Positions 61,751 through 64,000 of a stretch of 64,000 nt of DNA are shown piece after piece (position 1 is the first letter of the stretch; the number at the start of each line of letters is the position of its first letter). This stretch comes from Felis catus (lineage: Eukaryota): contig NC_058385.1 in the NCBI RefSeq assembly GCF_018350175.1, positions 11,470,001 to 11,534,000 of the forward strand, read 5' to 3'. The position numbers and the translations under genes were made by a program. The notes under the pieces are model-generated. The model saw only the letters and a program-made list of their open reading frames with translations. It searched no databases and had not been told where the DNA came from.

Positions 61751-62905
61751 AATGCTTGGACAAATCCAGCAATAAAAAGAATGTTTAAGTTTTATTAATC
61801 CTATTTTTCTCAATTCAAATGATCTCAGAAAGTTTGTTTTGTTTCATGTTTGTTTTGTTTCATTTAACACTTATTGGTAGCCCAAGACTCTTCCTCTGTT
61901 CTAAGGCACACAATTTGGGAAATACTGCCTTAAAAAGTCAGGGAAGGGAAATATAAGAAATGGGGGGAGAAAGTGACTTAGCTCCAAGAGATCAGAGATT
62001 ATATCTGTTTGACTTAATGGTTATATCTCCAGAGCCTAAGGGAATGGCCAGACACATAAAGTACTCAGTAAATATTTGATGAATGAATGGATGAATGGAG
62101 GAAGAAGCAGAAAAGGCTAGGATCCTTTGTTTAACCTCAGGAATCCTGCTTCTGTTGGCCAAGATAAGGGAGATAATAATTTGACTGGTTGAGGTTGAGA
62201 CAATTGTGGGAAAATCATATGGAAATTTCCAGTTGGATGTATAGAATTCAAATCCAATTCAAGATCTGGGATGAAGCTAATATTTTAGCAGTCATCAATT
62301 TAAGATTAGGATAGATGGGGACAGCCAGAAGGAAAGAAAAGTGAATGAAAGAGTCCTGCCTAAAGAAAATTTTCCATTAGGTACTAAGAAGTGGTTAATT
62401 ACACAGAAAGGGATCCATGCATTGTCTTCTCATATGTGTCCCTCTCCTAGCCTCCAGCTCCCTCTCTGCTTTTGACCTGTTTCTCTTAGCTCAGAAAATG
62501 ATCCACAACCTCCTGTCCCATGGTACAGAAACCTAAGAATCATCCTCACAAAGCCTCCCTCATCTGGCCCTCCAGAAATCTGCTTGACATTGAATGATTA
62601 GCACTATTATGTAGAATAAGTAATACGAATGACAAAATAATTCTATCTTTACATAGCACTCTGCAGCACATTTTCAAAGATACTATCTTATTTTAATTCT
62701 CACAACAACCCTGTAATTTACACCATTATCTCCTGAGAAGAACAATGAAGATAAGCAATGTTACTTGGATCACACACCAATAAGAACACGTAGGGATGGA
62801 AACAGGGGGATGGTTCATTGTCTCTTTCAGAATTAATCACAAGGTATCCAGTTAGCACTTGTATCATAGAAACCAAGAAATGAAAGAAATATCAAATCAA
62901 AGAAA

Positions 62906-63432
62906 TGTAATCCTAACCACATCCTGGACCCCTGAAAATATCAAGAAACCAACCTGAAGATAAGGTAAATGAAGATGATTGTCTACCATAGTATGGCAGA
63001 ACACTACCTTGATAAAGTTGTAGTAGCATCTTGAAGGGACAGGCAAAGTCAGGATATTTATGAGGTTTGGGAATCTAGTTTAAGACAGATCTTGCAGTGT
63101 GGGGACTTGAAAGAGATTAGGTAAAGTCATGCTATCATAGTTTAGGATTGGTGGACAAAGTAAGAAGAGGACATTGATGCAAAGTAGGGAAGTCTCGGGC
63201 AGTAAGCAGTTATTTAATGCTGTCTATTCAATAGTTGGACAATGTGATGTTCATTTAAACGGAGCTTTTCACAAAGTTCCTGGTGTGAACGATAAAATTA
63301 TTTTTTTATCTCCCTGGGGAAGTTTCTTAGACTAGTAAAGGCATGTTAACGGAAATGGTGAATAATAGTTAAGTTAGTGAATACAATCAAATAGTACAAT
63401 CATGTTAATATAGATGGTCTTGGTTCTCAGCA
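62906..63432 (-). mobile_element. Probable ERV1-type solo LTR
   Basis: TG...CA termini (tgtaatcc...gatggtcttggttctcagca); LTR-like composition; subfamily not assigned. Confidence 0.5.
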
Positions 63433-64000
63433 TCAAAACAGTATTGTTTTGATGAACAAATACTTTGGGGTGATCCAGACCTAGGTTTGGAAAAACACTT
63501 CCCACATACGAACTCTGTGGGCTCAGACAAGTTACTTAACCTCTTTGAATGCCACCACGCAATGTAATCTCTAATTTAAGATGCTTTGTAGGAAAATGTA
63601 ATCCATCAGAGCCTAGAAAAGGAAGAAAATAATGAAAACCAGGAGTATTTTGGGATATAGGTGGAATACAGAAGTAGACTTCATTGCACACTTTGGTGAA
63701 GGAAGCATGATTTTAAAAAATCTTTATCAATAAGCTACAAGTTTATTCCTAGATATCCATGCCTTTAATTCTGTTCCCTTTGTGTACCATGTTTTGACGG
63801 AATGGATTGAGAAATAATCCTTTAACTAACACCAAAAGGAATGAAGGAAAGGGGCAGGCAATTCACCGCAATTGATTGATAAACAGTGTTTTACCCTGCT
63901 TAGCAAGATTAATATTTCAAATCAAATGTTGAAGCTAATGATAACAACAATAAAGACCACTTAATTTCTATTAGGGTACTGACCCTCTAAGCCACTGAAA

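Overview
Mammalian non-coding DNA from a felid (cat-family) genome. The evidence is about 30 tRNA-derived carnivore SINEs, including the young feline subtype (GGGGCGCCTGGGTGGCGCAGTCGG...CTGGGCTGATGG), on a background of ancient L1M, L2, MIR, hAT-Charlie, Tigger and LTR relics, plus 12 N-gaps. I could not recognise any intact protein-coding exon, RNA gene, CRISPR array or prokaryotic-type system. The only gene-derived sequence I can identify is a near full-length processed pseudogene of MAD2L1 (~34.73-36.37 kb, +), with a target-site duplication (TSD), disabling lesions and a SINE inserted in its coding region. Notable structure: two SINEs inserted at the same target site (triplicated TSD), a SINE nested in another SINE's tail, a candidate 3-nt ATG micro-exon, an unexplained 176-codon open frame, and a CTCF/ETS/AP-1 motif cluster. 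Repeat subfamily names come from my recollection of consensus sequences, not from a database search, and old-repeat boundaries are approximate.
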